A stretch of DNA of 64,000 bases. It comes from an uncultured Acidobacteriaceae bacterium (GTDB lineage: Bacteria > Acidobacteriota > Terriglobia > Terriglobales > Acidobacteriaceae). The notes beneath the pieces are model-generated. The model worked only from the letters and a program-made list of their open reading frames with translations, did no database searches and was not told where the DNA came from. The position numbers and the translations under genes are program-made. Where the stretch lies: assembly GCA_963800745.1 (NCBI GenBank), contig CAWDCI010000034.1, positions 27,250-91,249 on the forward strand. Reading direction: 5' to 3'. Of this stretch, positions 9,996 to 19,302 are shown piece by piece. Numbering within the stretch: position 1 is the first letter of the stretch; the number at the start of each line of letters is the position of its first letter.

Positions 9996-11030
9996 ATGAA
10001 AAAAACATTGTGCCTTTTAGCCCTCGCCGGACTATTTCTCCCAGCCCATGGGAATGCCCAAACGCAAACCGCCGCGCCCGCCGCAAGCGCGCCTGCGCCG
10101 GCCTCGCCACCTTCTGGCGGCCGCAAGAAGCGGGTGGCGATTTTTGATTTCGATTACGCCACGGTGCACGGCGGCGTATCCGCTATCTTTGGCCAGGATG
10201 TCGACATAGGCAAAGGTATCGCCGATCTATTGGTTACCGATCTGGTCAAGGACGGCACCTACTCCGTGATCGAGCGCAAAGCGCTGGACAAGATCATGGC
10301 CGAGCAGAACTTCTCCAATAGCGACCGCGCCAATCCGAACTCGGCCGCCAAACTTGGCAAGCTCCTGGGAGTGGATGCCATTATCGTCGGCAGCATCACC
10401 GAGTTTGGCAATGAGACCAAGAACCTGGGCGCGGGTGGCGCGGGCGGAGGGTTCGGCGGCTTCGGCCTCGGAGGCTTCGGGCACAAGAACAGCAAGGCCA
10501 ACGTAGCCCTCACCGCCCGGCTCGTGGATGTCGACACTGGTGAAATCCTGGGCGTGGCCGAAGGTAAGGGGCAGTCATCCCGCTCCAGCACGTCCATGTT
10601 GGGGGGCGGAGGTCACTGGGGTGGATTTGGCGCCGGCGGGGTGAACTTCGGCAGCAGCGACTTCCAGAACACCATCATCGGCGAAGCCACCAAGGCTGCC
10701 ACCGATCAACTGAGCACGGAAGTGGTTGCCGACAATACCAAGCTGGTAACCCGCGTAGTAGCAGTTTCTGGATTGGTGGCGGCGGTGGATGGAGGCCAGA
10801 TCATCCTCAACGTGGGTGGCAAAGCCGGCCTTAAAGTCGGCGACCAACTCAGCATTGAGCGCGTCACCCACGAGATCAAGGACCCGTCTACCGGGAAAGT
10901 GATCCGCAAAATGACTTCGCCGGTTGGGGTGGTGAAAGTCACTGACGTGGATGACGACTCCTCGGTTTGCACGGCGGTTTCCGGCTCGGAATTCAAAATA
11001 GGCGATATGGCGAAGACCGTCACCCAGTAA
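9996..11030 (+). CDS. CsgG/HfaB-like lipoprotein
   Basis: MKKTLCLLALAGLFL signal, then RVAIFDFDY...IGKGIADLLVTDLVKDGTYSVIERKALDKIMAEQNFSNSD...KLGKLLGVDAIIVGSITEFG, which matches the CsgG-type fold. Two Gly-rich inserts are present. The ATG at 9996 was chosen inside ORF 9972..11030. Confidence 0.7.
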   Translation: MKKTLCLLALAGLFLPAHGNAQTQTAAPAASAPAPASPPSGGRKKRVAIFDFDYATVHGGVSAIFGQDVDIGKGIADLLVTDLVKDGTYSVIERKALDKIMAEQNFSNSDRANPNSAAKLGKLLGVDAIIVGSITEFGNETKNLGAGGAGGGFGGFGLGGFGHKNSKANVALTARLVDVDTGEILGVAEGKGQSSRSSTSMLGGGGHWGGFGAGGVNFGSSDFQNTIIGEATKAATDQLSTEVVADNTKLVTRVVAVSGLVAAVDGGQIILNVGGKAGLKVGDQLSIERVTHEIKDPSTGKVIRKMTSPVGVVKVTDVDDDSSVCTAVSGSEFKIGDMAKTVTQ

Positions 11031-11404
11031 GCCAGAAAGCCGCTGCGGGCTCCTCGTCCTGGGAGCCGGGGGCGCAGGTGCGGTTTGTATCGGGGTATTG
11101 CCTTCTGGCATACCGTAAGGGCCGTGTTATGAATCGGCCTTTAGGCGCTGTTTTTCGTGATTCGACGCTCACTCCTGGCTGCTAGTCCCGCAGCGGGTTC
11201 CCTCCCGGCTGGCAAGGAAATGCCAGTTCGGCCGAGCCGAGTTCCTTGAGGCGGTATCGCGCATCTAAAAAGGAACCGGCGCGGAGCCTTTCCCGACCGC
11301 TGGTTACTTATGGGTTCCTGAGGGCAGATTTGCGGTTTCAGGAATGCTATACTCCCGTAAAGTCTGCCTGGAGTGCGTTTTCACGCCGGATAAGGACATC
11401 GAAG

Positions 11405-13021
11405 ATGGTCAGCGGTTCTCGTCGCATTCTCTTTGCTATCGTTCTGTTTCTCACGACTTGCGGCTTCATGGGAGCGCTTTTCGCGCAGAAAAACTCCACG
11501 GTTGCGCCCAGTTCCGACGGCGACGTGCGGGACAACGTGAAGGCCTTTACCCAGGTCTACAGCATCGTTGAGGAAAACTACGCCGAACCGGTGGATGCGG
11601 ATAAGGCAATCTATGACGGCGCCATTCCCGGCATGTTGCATGTATTGGATCCGCACTCCAACTTTTTCGATCCCAAAGCGTATGCGCTGCTCAAGGAAGA
11701 CCAGCGCGGCAAGTACTACGGCGTGGGCATGCAAGTGGGCCCGCGCACCATCAACAACCGGACGGTCGTGATTGTGATTGCGCCGTTCGTGGGAACACCG
11801 GCCTACCGGGCTGGCCTTCGCCCCGGCGACATTATTGCGGCGGTGGATGGCAAGCCCACCGACAATATGAGTGTTGGCAACGTCGCCGATTTGCTCAAGG
11901 GCCCCAAGGGCACGACCGTACACATTACCATCCTGCGGGAGGGCTCGGAGAAGCCGCTGGAATTTCCCATCGTGCGCGACGAGATTCCCCACTACAGCGT
12001 CGATTTGCATTTCCTGGTTGAGCCTGGCGTCGGCTACATGCACGTCAGCGGGTTCAACGAGACCACCGAAACCGAGGTACAGAACGCGCTCGACGAAATG
12101 GGAGATCTCAAAGGCTTGATTCTCGATCTCCGCGAAAACCCCGGCGGCTTGCTGAGCGAGGGCGTGGGCGTAGCCGACAAGTTCCTGCGCAAGGGACAGC
12201 TTATTGTTTCGCACCACGGGCGGGCTTCCTCGGAAAAGCGTTACGTGGCTACTCACGGCAACGGAGGCAAGGAATATCCGCTGGTGGTTTTAGTGGACCG
12301 GGGAACGGCCTCGGCTGCGGAAATCGTCTCTGGCGCCATTCAGGACCATGACCGTGGGCTGATTCTAGGCGAGAACACCTTTGGCAAGGGTTTGGTGCAA
12401 ACCGTCTATCCGCTTTCGGAGAACACCGGACTGGCGCTCACCACCGCGCGGTACTACACGCCCAGCGGACGCCTGATTCAGCGGGATTACTCCAACATTT
12501 CACTCTACGACTACTACTTCAACCGGGATGAAGAGAAGAACAATGCGGGGCGAGAGGTTAAGCTGACCGACAGCGGCCGCACGGTGTACGGCGGAGGGGG
12601 CATCACTCCCGACGTCAAGTTCACCCCGCCCAAGAGCAACCACTTCCAGGATGAGATGATGGTGCACTACGCCTTCTTCAACTTCGCCAAGCACTATCTG
12701 GTGGACCACCAGCCCGAGAAGAAGTCTTTTGAAGCCGACGATGTGGTCTTGCAGGATTTCCGGAAGTTTCTGGATTCCGAAAAAATTACCTTTTCCGAGT
12801 CCGATTTGAGCGAGAACATGAGCTGGGTAAAATCCCGCATCAAGAGTGAAATCTTCATTGATGCGTTTGGCCAGGACGAAGGGTTGAAAGTTCGGGCGGA
12901 AGCCGATCCGGAGGTGGTGAAGGCTCTGGAGTTGCTTCCGCAGGCCAAGCAGTTGGCCGATAGCGCGCGCCGCGTCGTCGCCCAGCGCAACAATACTCGG
13001 GCATTCAATAGTCCGGAATAG
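11405..13021 (+). CDS. ctpA: S41 family C-terminal processing peptidase
   Basis: PDZ region (GLRPGDIIAAVDG), LDLRENPGGLL, and GTASAAEIVSGAIQDHDRGLILGENTFGKGLVQ. The ATG at 11405 precedes a TM/signal segment (ILFAIVLFLTTCGF). Confidence 0.85.
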   Translation: MVSGSRRILFAIVLFLTTCGFMGALFAQKNSTVAPSSDGDVRDNVKAFTQVYSIVEENYAEPVDADKAIYDGAIPGMLHVLDPHSNFFDPKAYALLKEDQRGKYYGVGMQVGPRTINNRTVVIVIAPFVGTPAYRAGLRPGDIIAAVDGKPTDNMSVGNVADLLKGPKGTTVHITILREGSEKPLEFPIVRDEIPHYSVDLHFLVEPGVGYMHVSGFNETTETEVQNALDEMGDLKGLILDLRENPGGLLSEGVGVADKFLRKGQLIVSHHGRASSEKRYVATHGNGGKEYPLVVLVDRGTASAAEIVSGAIQDHDRGLILGENTFGKGLVQTVYPLSENTGLALTTARYYTPSGRLIQRDYSNISLYDYYFNRDEEKNNAGREVKLTDSGRTVYGGGGITPDVKFTPPKSNHFQDEMMVHYAFFNFAKHYLVDHQPEKKSFEADDVVLQDFRKFLDSEKITFSESDLSENMSWVKSRIKSEIFIDAFGQDEGLKVRAEADPEVVKALELLPQAKQLADSARRVVAQRNNTRAFNSPE

Positions 13022-13223
13022 AAATATCCAACACACTACCGTGCGTCGGGCTCGGCCCCAGGGTTTTGGTGAGCGAACCTGAGATGGGCCAGATCTTGTC
13101 AAGCCCCCCGGGGCTTCCGATTTCCCGCAACTTCATGATTCCTATCCAGATATAAAGTTGTCAACCATGTCCCATTTCCCCGTTCCAAAGTGCTAAGCTT
13201 GATGTAGAGGTTTGAGCAAACCA

Positions 13224-13252
13224 GGCGCAGCCGCGAGCTGCGCCTTTTGATT
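13224..13252 (+). terminator. orphan intrinsic-terminator-like hairpin
   Basis: GGCGCAGC-CGCGA-GCTGCGCC followed by TTTTGATTT. It lies about 200 nt downstream of the ctp stop, inside a 490 nt intergenic region. Confidence 0.35.
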
Positions 13253-13511
13253 TCAGCCGTCCAATTTTGCGGGCAGGTGAGCGACCCAGGGTAACCTCCA
13301 AAACTCTGCGTCACCGGAGGGTACTGTGTGTGGCATTGGCCTAATGCGCTCATTGACTTGCCCCTGGGACTGTGTGACAATCCGCGAAGAATCGGTTCTC
13401 CAGACCCAGGGGGCCGAAAAATGGCGCCCTGTCTGAGATTTTTTCGGATGGCTAAGTCTCTCTCCCACAGTAAAATAGGTAGGACGCGACCGAACTGCGT
13501 GATGGGCGCAC

Positions 13512-14042
13512 ATGGTGAATCACGGGGTATGGATGTGGGCGATGCTGGTGGCGGCCATTGCCGGCGGAACCGATTGGCGCTGGCGCCGCATTCCTAATTG
13601 GCTCACGGTTCCCGGACTGCTGATCGGGATTACGGCGAACTCCGTGGCGGGCGGTTGGGCGGGCGCGAAAAGCTCGCTGCTGGGCGCCGGGCTGGGATTA
13701 GCTCTTTTGCTGCCTTTAGTGTTGGTAAGAAGCCTGGGCGCCGGAGACTGGAAATTGGTCGGAGCCTTGGGCGCGTTTCTTGGCCCGCAGCGCTTGCTCG
13801 CGGTGCTGTTGGTTTCGGTTCTGGTGGCGGGACTGATGGCCGTGATCCTGATCGTGTGGAAGCGGCGAGTCTGGCAGACTATGCGCAATATGGGGCAGAT
13901 GCTGGCAGCCTTCGCAACATTTCGATTGCCTGACGCAAAGTTGTCGTTAGACAATCCGGACGCGGCCAAGGTGCCGTTTGGCGTGGCGGTCGCAATCGCG
14001 ACGATCGCCTACACTGCGCCGCAAGTATGGCCGGTACTGTGA
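13512..14042 (+). CDS. cpaA: A24 family prepilin peptidase (CpaA/TadV type)
   Basis: The 176 aa polytopic protein has AAIAGGTDWRWRRIPNWLT and LGAGDWKL, carrying the two catalytic Asp motifs. Confidence 0.8.
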   Translation: MVNHGVWMWAMLVAAIAGGTDWRWRRIPNWLTVPGLLIGITANSVAGGWAGAKSSLLGAGLGLALLLPLVLVRSLGAGDWKLVGALGAFLGPQRLLAVLLVSVLVAGLMAVILIVWKRRVWQTMRNMGQMLAAFATFRLPDAKLSLDNPDAAKVPFGVAVAIATIAYTAPQVWPVL

Positions 14043-14088
14043 AGGCCCCCTCCTCAACGGGAGAGGGCTATGAGGGAGGCAAATCGCT

Positions 14089-14657
14089 ATGAGATGGCCG
14101 ACAATTGCACGTTGCAAGCAGATCGCCACTGAAACGCGAGGCGCGGAAGTGGCCGAGTTCGCCGCGGTGCTGCCGATCCTGATGATGCTCCTGTTGGGGA
14201 TCATTTCCTTTGCCCGCGCCTACAACGTTTACACCACTATCACCTACGCGGCGCAGGAAGGGGCGCGCATCGCCGCAGCCTCAAGCTGCGCCACCTGTGG
14301 CAACACGCCCGCTCGCTGGGCGATGCGGCTACAAGGGTAACGGAGGTGCTGCAAGCCTCGAAGATCGATCCCTCCGCGATTCGGAACCTACATGGCGCAT
14401 CGAACGGGAGTTCTTGCTAACTGGCAGGCCGCCTGACTCAGCACTGCGGGCAACGGGTCACGGTGTGCACCAACGTCGAGCTGAATGCCACGACCCGGCG
14501 CAGAAGAGGCCGAACCACTACCAGCGTCACCGGGCCTGAAGCATGCGGAGCGACGGTCTCGTTCGAATACCCGTACCAATTCAATCTTCCGTTCACCTCG
14601 ATCAGCCGGCAATTAGTCACCTTAAAAGCGGACGTGCAAGTCCCGAGCGAGGACTAA
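14089..14657 (+). pseudogene. TadE-like pilus assembly protein, disrupted
   Basis: The N-terminal TadE motif (GAEVAEFAAVLPILMMLLLGIISFA) is in ORF 14089..14340. The plausible continuation (SLGDAATRVTEVLQASKIDPSAI) is in another frame, which carries an in-frame TAA at 14418-14420. The C-terminus (ATVSFEYPYQFNLPFTSISRQLVTLKADVQVP) is in ORF 14463..14657. Confidence 0.6.
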
Positions 14658-15251
14658 ATGCGTGGTTTCGGACGGCTAGTTTGCAGGCGCGAGCGAGGGG
14701 GCGCACTTTGCGGCACAGAAGGCGTCCAGATCGTGGAGCTTGCCATCGTCCTGCCGTTGCTGATGGTGTTGCTGGTGGGGATTTTCGACTTTGGGAACGC
14801 CTTTAACCTGAAGCAGAAGCTCACCAACGCGGCGCGCGCCGCGGCGCGCCTGGGATCGAGTGCTCCGACCAACGATCTCAACAATGGGGGAACACCGAAC
14901 TCCATTCTTTCCATCCGGAACTTTGTGGACGATTCCTTGGTGGCACAGGGGGTGAATGAATGCAGTCTGGTGCGAACTGGCGGGGTTCAAACCGGTGGGC
15001 AATTTCTGTGGACTTTCACCGCAGCGGGCAATGGATGCCCCGCGCCGGGGATGACGCTGATCATTGACCGCAGCAACGGCGTTCCCGCCACGGTTGGAGG
15101 ACAGGCGGTGCAGGTCATCTCGACCCACATCCAGATCAGTTATTCCTACAAGTGGACCTTCGAAAACGTGATCGGCCTGATCGCTCCGGGCAACGTCTAC
15201 CCTGGAGTCAGCCAGATTTCAACCGATGCCTACGTGCCGAACCTAGACTGA
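14658..15251 (+). CDS. TadE/TadF-like pilus assembly protein
   Basis: The 197 aa ORF has GVQIVELAIVLPLLMVLLVGIFDFG and appears intact. Confidence 0.7.
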   Translation: MRGFGRLVCRRERGGALCGTEGVQIVELAIVLPLLMVLLVGIFDFGNAFNLKQKLTNAARAAARLGSSAPTNDLNNGGTPNSILSIRNFVDDSLVAQGVNECSLVRTGGVQTGGQFLWTFTAAGNGCPAPGMTLIIDRSNGVPATVGGQAVQVISTHIQISYSYKWTFENVIGLIAPGNVYPGVSQISTDAYVPNLD

Positions 15252-15260
15252 AGGTGGAGA

Positions 15261-16619
15261 ATGCCGCGCCGAATGCTGAAGCCGCGCCGAACCGGACAAG
15301 AAGGCCAGACGCTGGTGCTGGTGGCGATCTCATTGTTCGTGTTGATTGCCATGGCAGCGCTGGCCATCGATGTGACCACCTTGTATGCGGCCCGTGCGGA
15401 GATGCAGCGAGCGGCGGACGCCGCAGCCCTGGCCGGAGCTAAGGCCTTTGTGGATTCCGGGGTCACCACCAGCAATGTCAGCGATCCCAACTACGCGAAT
15501 CTCGAAGGCCTGGCGCAAAGCATGGGCACGCAGATCATCAATGCCCTGCTGGTGCAGAACCCAGTGGGTGGAGGCACGCCTGTGCTGGCGGCAGGCACGC
15601 CGACGTTCGACTTCACCAGCCATCCTGGAAACCCGCAAGTCACCGTCACGCTGGAACGAACAGACGTGCCCGCTTTTTTGCCCGCATCTTTGGGCGGAGG
15701 TTGCTGACGGTGCGGGCCACAGCAATTGCCGAAGCCTACAATTCGTCGCTGCCACCGGGCGGTGGCGGCGGCATGCCGCCGGTCGCGCCGCGCTGTGTGA
15801 AGCCATGGCTGATTCCCGAACGCGGACCCACAACGCGCGAGAACGCCATTTGATCGACGCATGAACTGGCGCCGTTGAAGAGGCCGGAGTCTCGCCGGCC
15901 GGCATCATCGGAGAAGAGATCACTCTGCTCAACGATTGCGACAACAGGCCTGCAAGCTGTGTCCCTCAGCCCAGACCCTACTCGGACCACCGTGCCTGAC
16001 CAACTCACTACCTGCCAGCGCATATCGCTGCCGGTATGCCGGGACCGTGCCCATCTTGCGCTGGATGGGAGCGACTTTGAGCAGAGCAGTGCGCGTGTTG
16101 TGACACGGGCAACACCAGCGCCAGTACCTACGCCTGTGGAGCAAGCGCTGCCGGCGTGAACTATCGATCTGACGACGAACACAATTAACACGAGCGTTTC
16201 GTCGGTAGAGTGCTCTGATCACGCTAGCGGTCCTGGCACGGGTTCGGGGCAGGACGAAATTGGCCTTGGATCCGGCGCCCAGCCTCCCGCCGATTCGTTT
16301 GGAAATTTCCTGGCCAGCAACGGCAACGACCCCATCGAAATTCATGCTGGCGGCGGACTTCATTCCGGCCAGTTAGTCACCACGAGTCCATCATCGTTAC
16401 GTTGCCGATTTATGACACGACTGGCGTGACCAACACCTTGAATCCGGTCAAGATCATTGGCTTCATGCAGGCTTTCGTCGAGCAGACGACAGTCGACGGC
16501 GGATATCCAGATCTACGTGTCTCAATATTTCCGGCTGTGGAACCAACGTGAACACCGGCCTCACCCCCGTCTCCGGCGGCGGGGTTTCTCCCGTCCCGGT
16601 GCGTCTAATCCACAACTAG
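15261..16619 (+). pseudogene. TadG-like pilus assembly protein, heavily disrupted
   Basis: The N-terminus (GQTLVLVAISLFVLIAMAALAIDVTTLYAARAEMQRAADAAALAGA) is in ORF 15261..15707. The family motif FFARIFG...VRATAIAEAY...CVKPWLIP is only readable after a shift at the T6 run 15674-15679. Later segments (IIVTLPIYDTTGVTNTLNPVKIIGFMQAFVEQ, then LNISGCGTNVNTGLTPVSGGGVSPVPVRLIHN, stop 16617-16619) lie in other frames. At least five frame changes or stops are present. Confidence 0.65.
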
Positions 16620-16679
16620 CTCTTAGCTCTGAGCTATCAGCTGTCAGCCCTCGGCTACCTCCCAATTGCTAAGACTTGC

Positions 16680-17633
16680 CTACTGGGGCGGGGGTGGAAC
16701 GGTGTCCGGGGGTGGAGGGGTTTCCTGTGTAGCAGGGGCGGGCTCAACCTCGGGTTCCGGAGGAGGTGTTTCCTGTGCCGGCGCGGGAACATAGTTTGCG
16801 GGCAGGCTACCGGTTTCTGCGGTGCGCGGCGTAAGCACGATGCTGGTGACCTTCGAGAGGTCGCGCCCCGAGCCAATCAGCATCACGTTGTAAGGAACTC
16901 CCTTCAGTAACGAGGAGAGAACCTCGCGTGCAGGACCCGGCCCCAGGTTGGCGATTACGGGCTCCTGTTCAGCATCGGGTGAGAGAGACACGCGGGCGCC
17001 AATCTGTCGCCCGATGGCGCGGAGCACCTCTCCCAGGGTAGCCCGCTCCGTCCGAACGCTTAACAGGCCATTGGTGAACTCGATCTGCACGGCTGGAACG
17101 GGCTTGACCGGGGCAGAGAGCAGCGGGGGAAGACTTGGGGCGGGGGCCGCAGGCGCCGCCGCCGTAGACACCGGAGTCAAAACCGCAGTCGTATTTCCTC
17201 CGGCGGTTATTTTCACGATGACCGACTTGCCCGAAGGAAACACCTGATAAGCCTGCGCGGAAGTGAGATCGACCACGACCCGGGCCACGGGCGGATTCGA
17301 CGCGAAAAGTCCCACGCGAATTCCCTTCACGTGCAGCGCGTTCACGGCGAACGCGCGCAGCCGGGGCCCAGGGACAGAATTGGGAAAATCGATGACCAGG
17401 CGATCCGGTCCTGCCACCACTTGAGTGCTGGGGGCGACCGGCCGGCTGGCTTCAATCTCCATTTCAAAACTGTTGCCGTGACTGAGGACCTCGACGCGTT
17501 CGATGGTGGCAGCGGCAGAGTTATTGGCAGGGCTATTCGATTGACCAGCGGCAAGGGAGCATAGACCAAGGCATCCCGTCGCAAGCAAACGTCGAAGGCT
17601 AACGGCTATTGGATGAGAATGCATGATGAACAC
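16680..17633 (-). CDS. AMIN domain-containing protein with a Pro-rich C-terminus
   Basis: Signal peptide, then VEVLSHGNSFEMEIEASRPV...PDRLVIDFPN...IRVGLFASNPPVARVVVDL (AMIN-like). A secretin/TonB-N-terminal-like module follows (LGEVLRAIGRQIGARVSL). Confidence 0.65.
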   Translation of the reverse strand: MFIMHSHPIAVSLRRLLATGCLGLCSLAAGQSNSPANNSAAATIERVEVLSHGNSFEMEIEASRPVAPSTQVVAGPDRLVIDFPNSVPGPRLRAFAVNALHVKGIRVGLFASNPPVARVVVDLTSAQAYQVFPSGKSVIVKITAGGNTTAVLTPVSTAAAPAAPAPSLPPLLSAPVKPVPAVQIEFTNGLLSVRTERATLGEVLRAIGRQIGARVSLSPDAEQEPVIANLGPGPAREVLSSLLKGVPYNVMLIGSGRDLSKVTSIVLTPRTAETGSLPANYVPAPAQETPPPEPEVEPAPATQETPPPPDTVPPPPQ

Positions 17634-17970
17634 TGGGTTGCCAGCTGTGATTCTAGCAGCCGGCAGCAGTAGCGAATCACACTTTGGTACGTGCTATTTC
17701 TAGGGATGGGAGGAAAGGCGCTCCGTGTTCCAGTGCGGCCCGCGCGTGCCTGATCGACTGTTGGTGTTTCATTGGTTGGACTCATGGACGACGAAAGCGG
17801 AAAGCAGGGCAGGACACCCCTCTCCCACGCCACCGCTTTCCGGTCAACAACAGTAAAGTTTCGTAAAGATTACGTCATCTGGCTTGACCGCCCCTCGGGG
17901 CAAGCAGGATTCTGCTGAGTACGGGTCAGCAATTCCTCATTGCTAACGGTACAATATCCGCAACTAAACC

Positions 17971-19302
17971 ATGACTTCCAACGTCCAACGTAGGTCTATC
18001 TCCAACATCATGCGCGTGCCAATTCTTCATCCGCCAGTCGCGGTCGCAAGCGCCAAGCATCCCGCCTCAGCAACAGAAAACGAAGCATGGTGGCGGGGAG
18101 GGGCGCGGCAAGGCGAGCGCGCAGGCAAAGTCAAGCACTCCCAATGGGCTGCGCTGGCCGCGGCTCTGGCATTTTGTCTCGCTGGGTTGGGCTGCTCGTC
18201 GGCTGACCCGAAGCCGGCGAGCGCGCGCGGACCCGGAAGCGGGCCAACCGTTCCTGTAGGAGTGGCGACAGCGCGGGTTACCGATATGCCGGTGTACCTC
18301 AGCGGACTAGGGTCGGTGACCGCCTATTACACGGACGGCGTGAAAAGCCGGGTGGATGGCCAATTGATGCAGGTCAACTTCAAGGAAGGCCAGCAGGTGA
18401 AAAAGGGCGAGCTTTTGGCGGAGATCGATCCGCGCCCCTTTCAAGTGGCGCTGGAGCAAGCTCAGGCTACGCTGTTCAAGGATCAGGCTTCGCTGCGCGA
18501 CGCCCAGCTGAATTACCAGCGCTATAAGGGGCTGCTGCAGGATTCTGGGTCCATGTCGCAGCAACAGGTGGATACGCAGCAAGCCACCGTGGACCAACTG
18601 GAAGGAACGGTTCACACGGATCAGGCCACGATCGATAGCGTAAAACTGAATCTGGTGTATTGCCACATTACCGCGCCTATTACCGGGCGGATTGGACTGC
18701 GGCAGGTCGATCCGGGAAACATGGTGCACGCGGCCGACACGACACCCATGTTCGTGATCACGCAATTGCAGCCTATTGCGGTGCTGTTCACGCTGCCCGA
18801 AGCCAATCTGCAGAGTGTTTCGCAGCACATGAAGAAGAGCACGCTGACGGTCGAGGCCTACAACTCGGACGGCACGAACAAGCTGGCCACCGGCAAATTG
18901 CTTACGATTGACAATGAAATTGACCAGACCACGGGTACGGGACGCCTGAAGGGCGTTTTCGAAAACAAGGATGATTCACTCTGGCCGAATCAGTTCGTGA
19001 ATATTCATCTACTGCTGGAAACGCTGAAGAACAGCACGGTGATTCCGGCGGCGGCGATTCAGCGCGGCCCCCAGGGGAGCTATGTGTTCGTGGTCAAGCC
19101 GGACAAGACGGTGGACGTGCGGCCGGTCACGGTCGCCATCACGCAAAATAACTTTTCTGCGATCAGCAGCGGAATCTCTCCCAACGATGTGGTGGTGACC
19201 GACGGACAGGATAAGTTGCAGGCAGGCAGCAAGGTGGAGCCGCACTCGGGTAATTCTTCTCCCAGCCAGCCGGCGCAGCCTAGCGAAAATGGCGCCTCAT
19301 GA
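17971..19302 (+). CDS. mdtA: RND efflux periplasmic adaptor subunit (MdtA-like)
   Basis: Lipobox LAGLGCSS, then a membrane-fusion-protein fold ([10 protein letters not shown]...[20 protein letters not shown]...[19 protein letters not shown]). The start is uncertain (17971 or ATG 18010); both leave an unusually long pre-signal leader. Confidence 0.85.
   Translation: MTSNVQRRSISNIMRVPILHPPVAVASAKHPASATENEAWWRGGARQGERAGKVKHSQWAALAAALAFCLAGLGCSSADPKPASARGPGSGPTVPVGVATARVTDMPVYLSGLGSVTAYYTDGVKSRVDGQLMQVNFKEGQQVKKGELLAEIDPRPFQVALEQAQATLFKDQASLRDAQLNYQRYKGLLQDSGSMSQQQVDTQQATVDQLEGTVHTDQATIDSVKLNLVYCHITAPITGRIGLRQVDPGNMVHAADTTPMFVITQLQPIAVLFTLPEANLQSVSQHMKKSTLTVEAYNSDGTNKLATGKLLTIDNEIDQTTGTGRLKGVFENKDDSLWPNQFVNIHLLLETLKNSTVIPAAAIQRGPQGSYVFVVKPDKTVDVRPVTVAITQNNFSAISSGISPNDVVVTDGQDKLQAGSKVEPHSGNSSPSQPAQPSENGAS

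Noticed and set aside
13022-13511. Flp pilin gene upstream of cpaA
   Set aside because: No small ORF on either strand carries the Flp motif (G-A/Q-T-A-I-E-Y).
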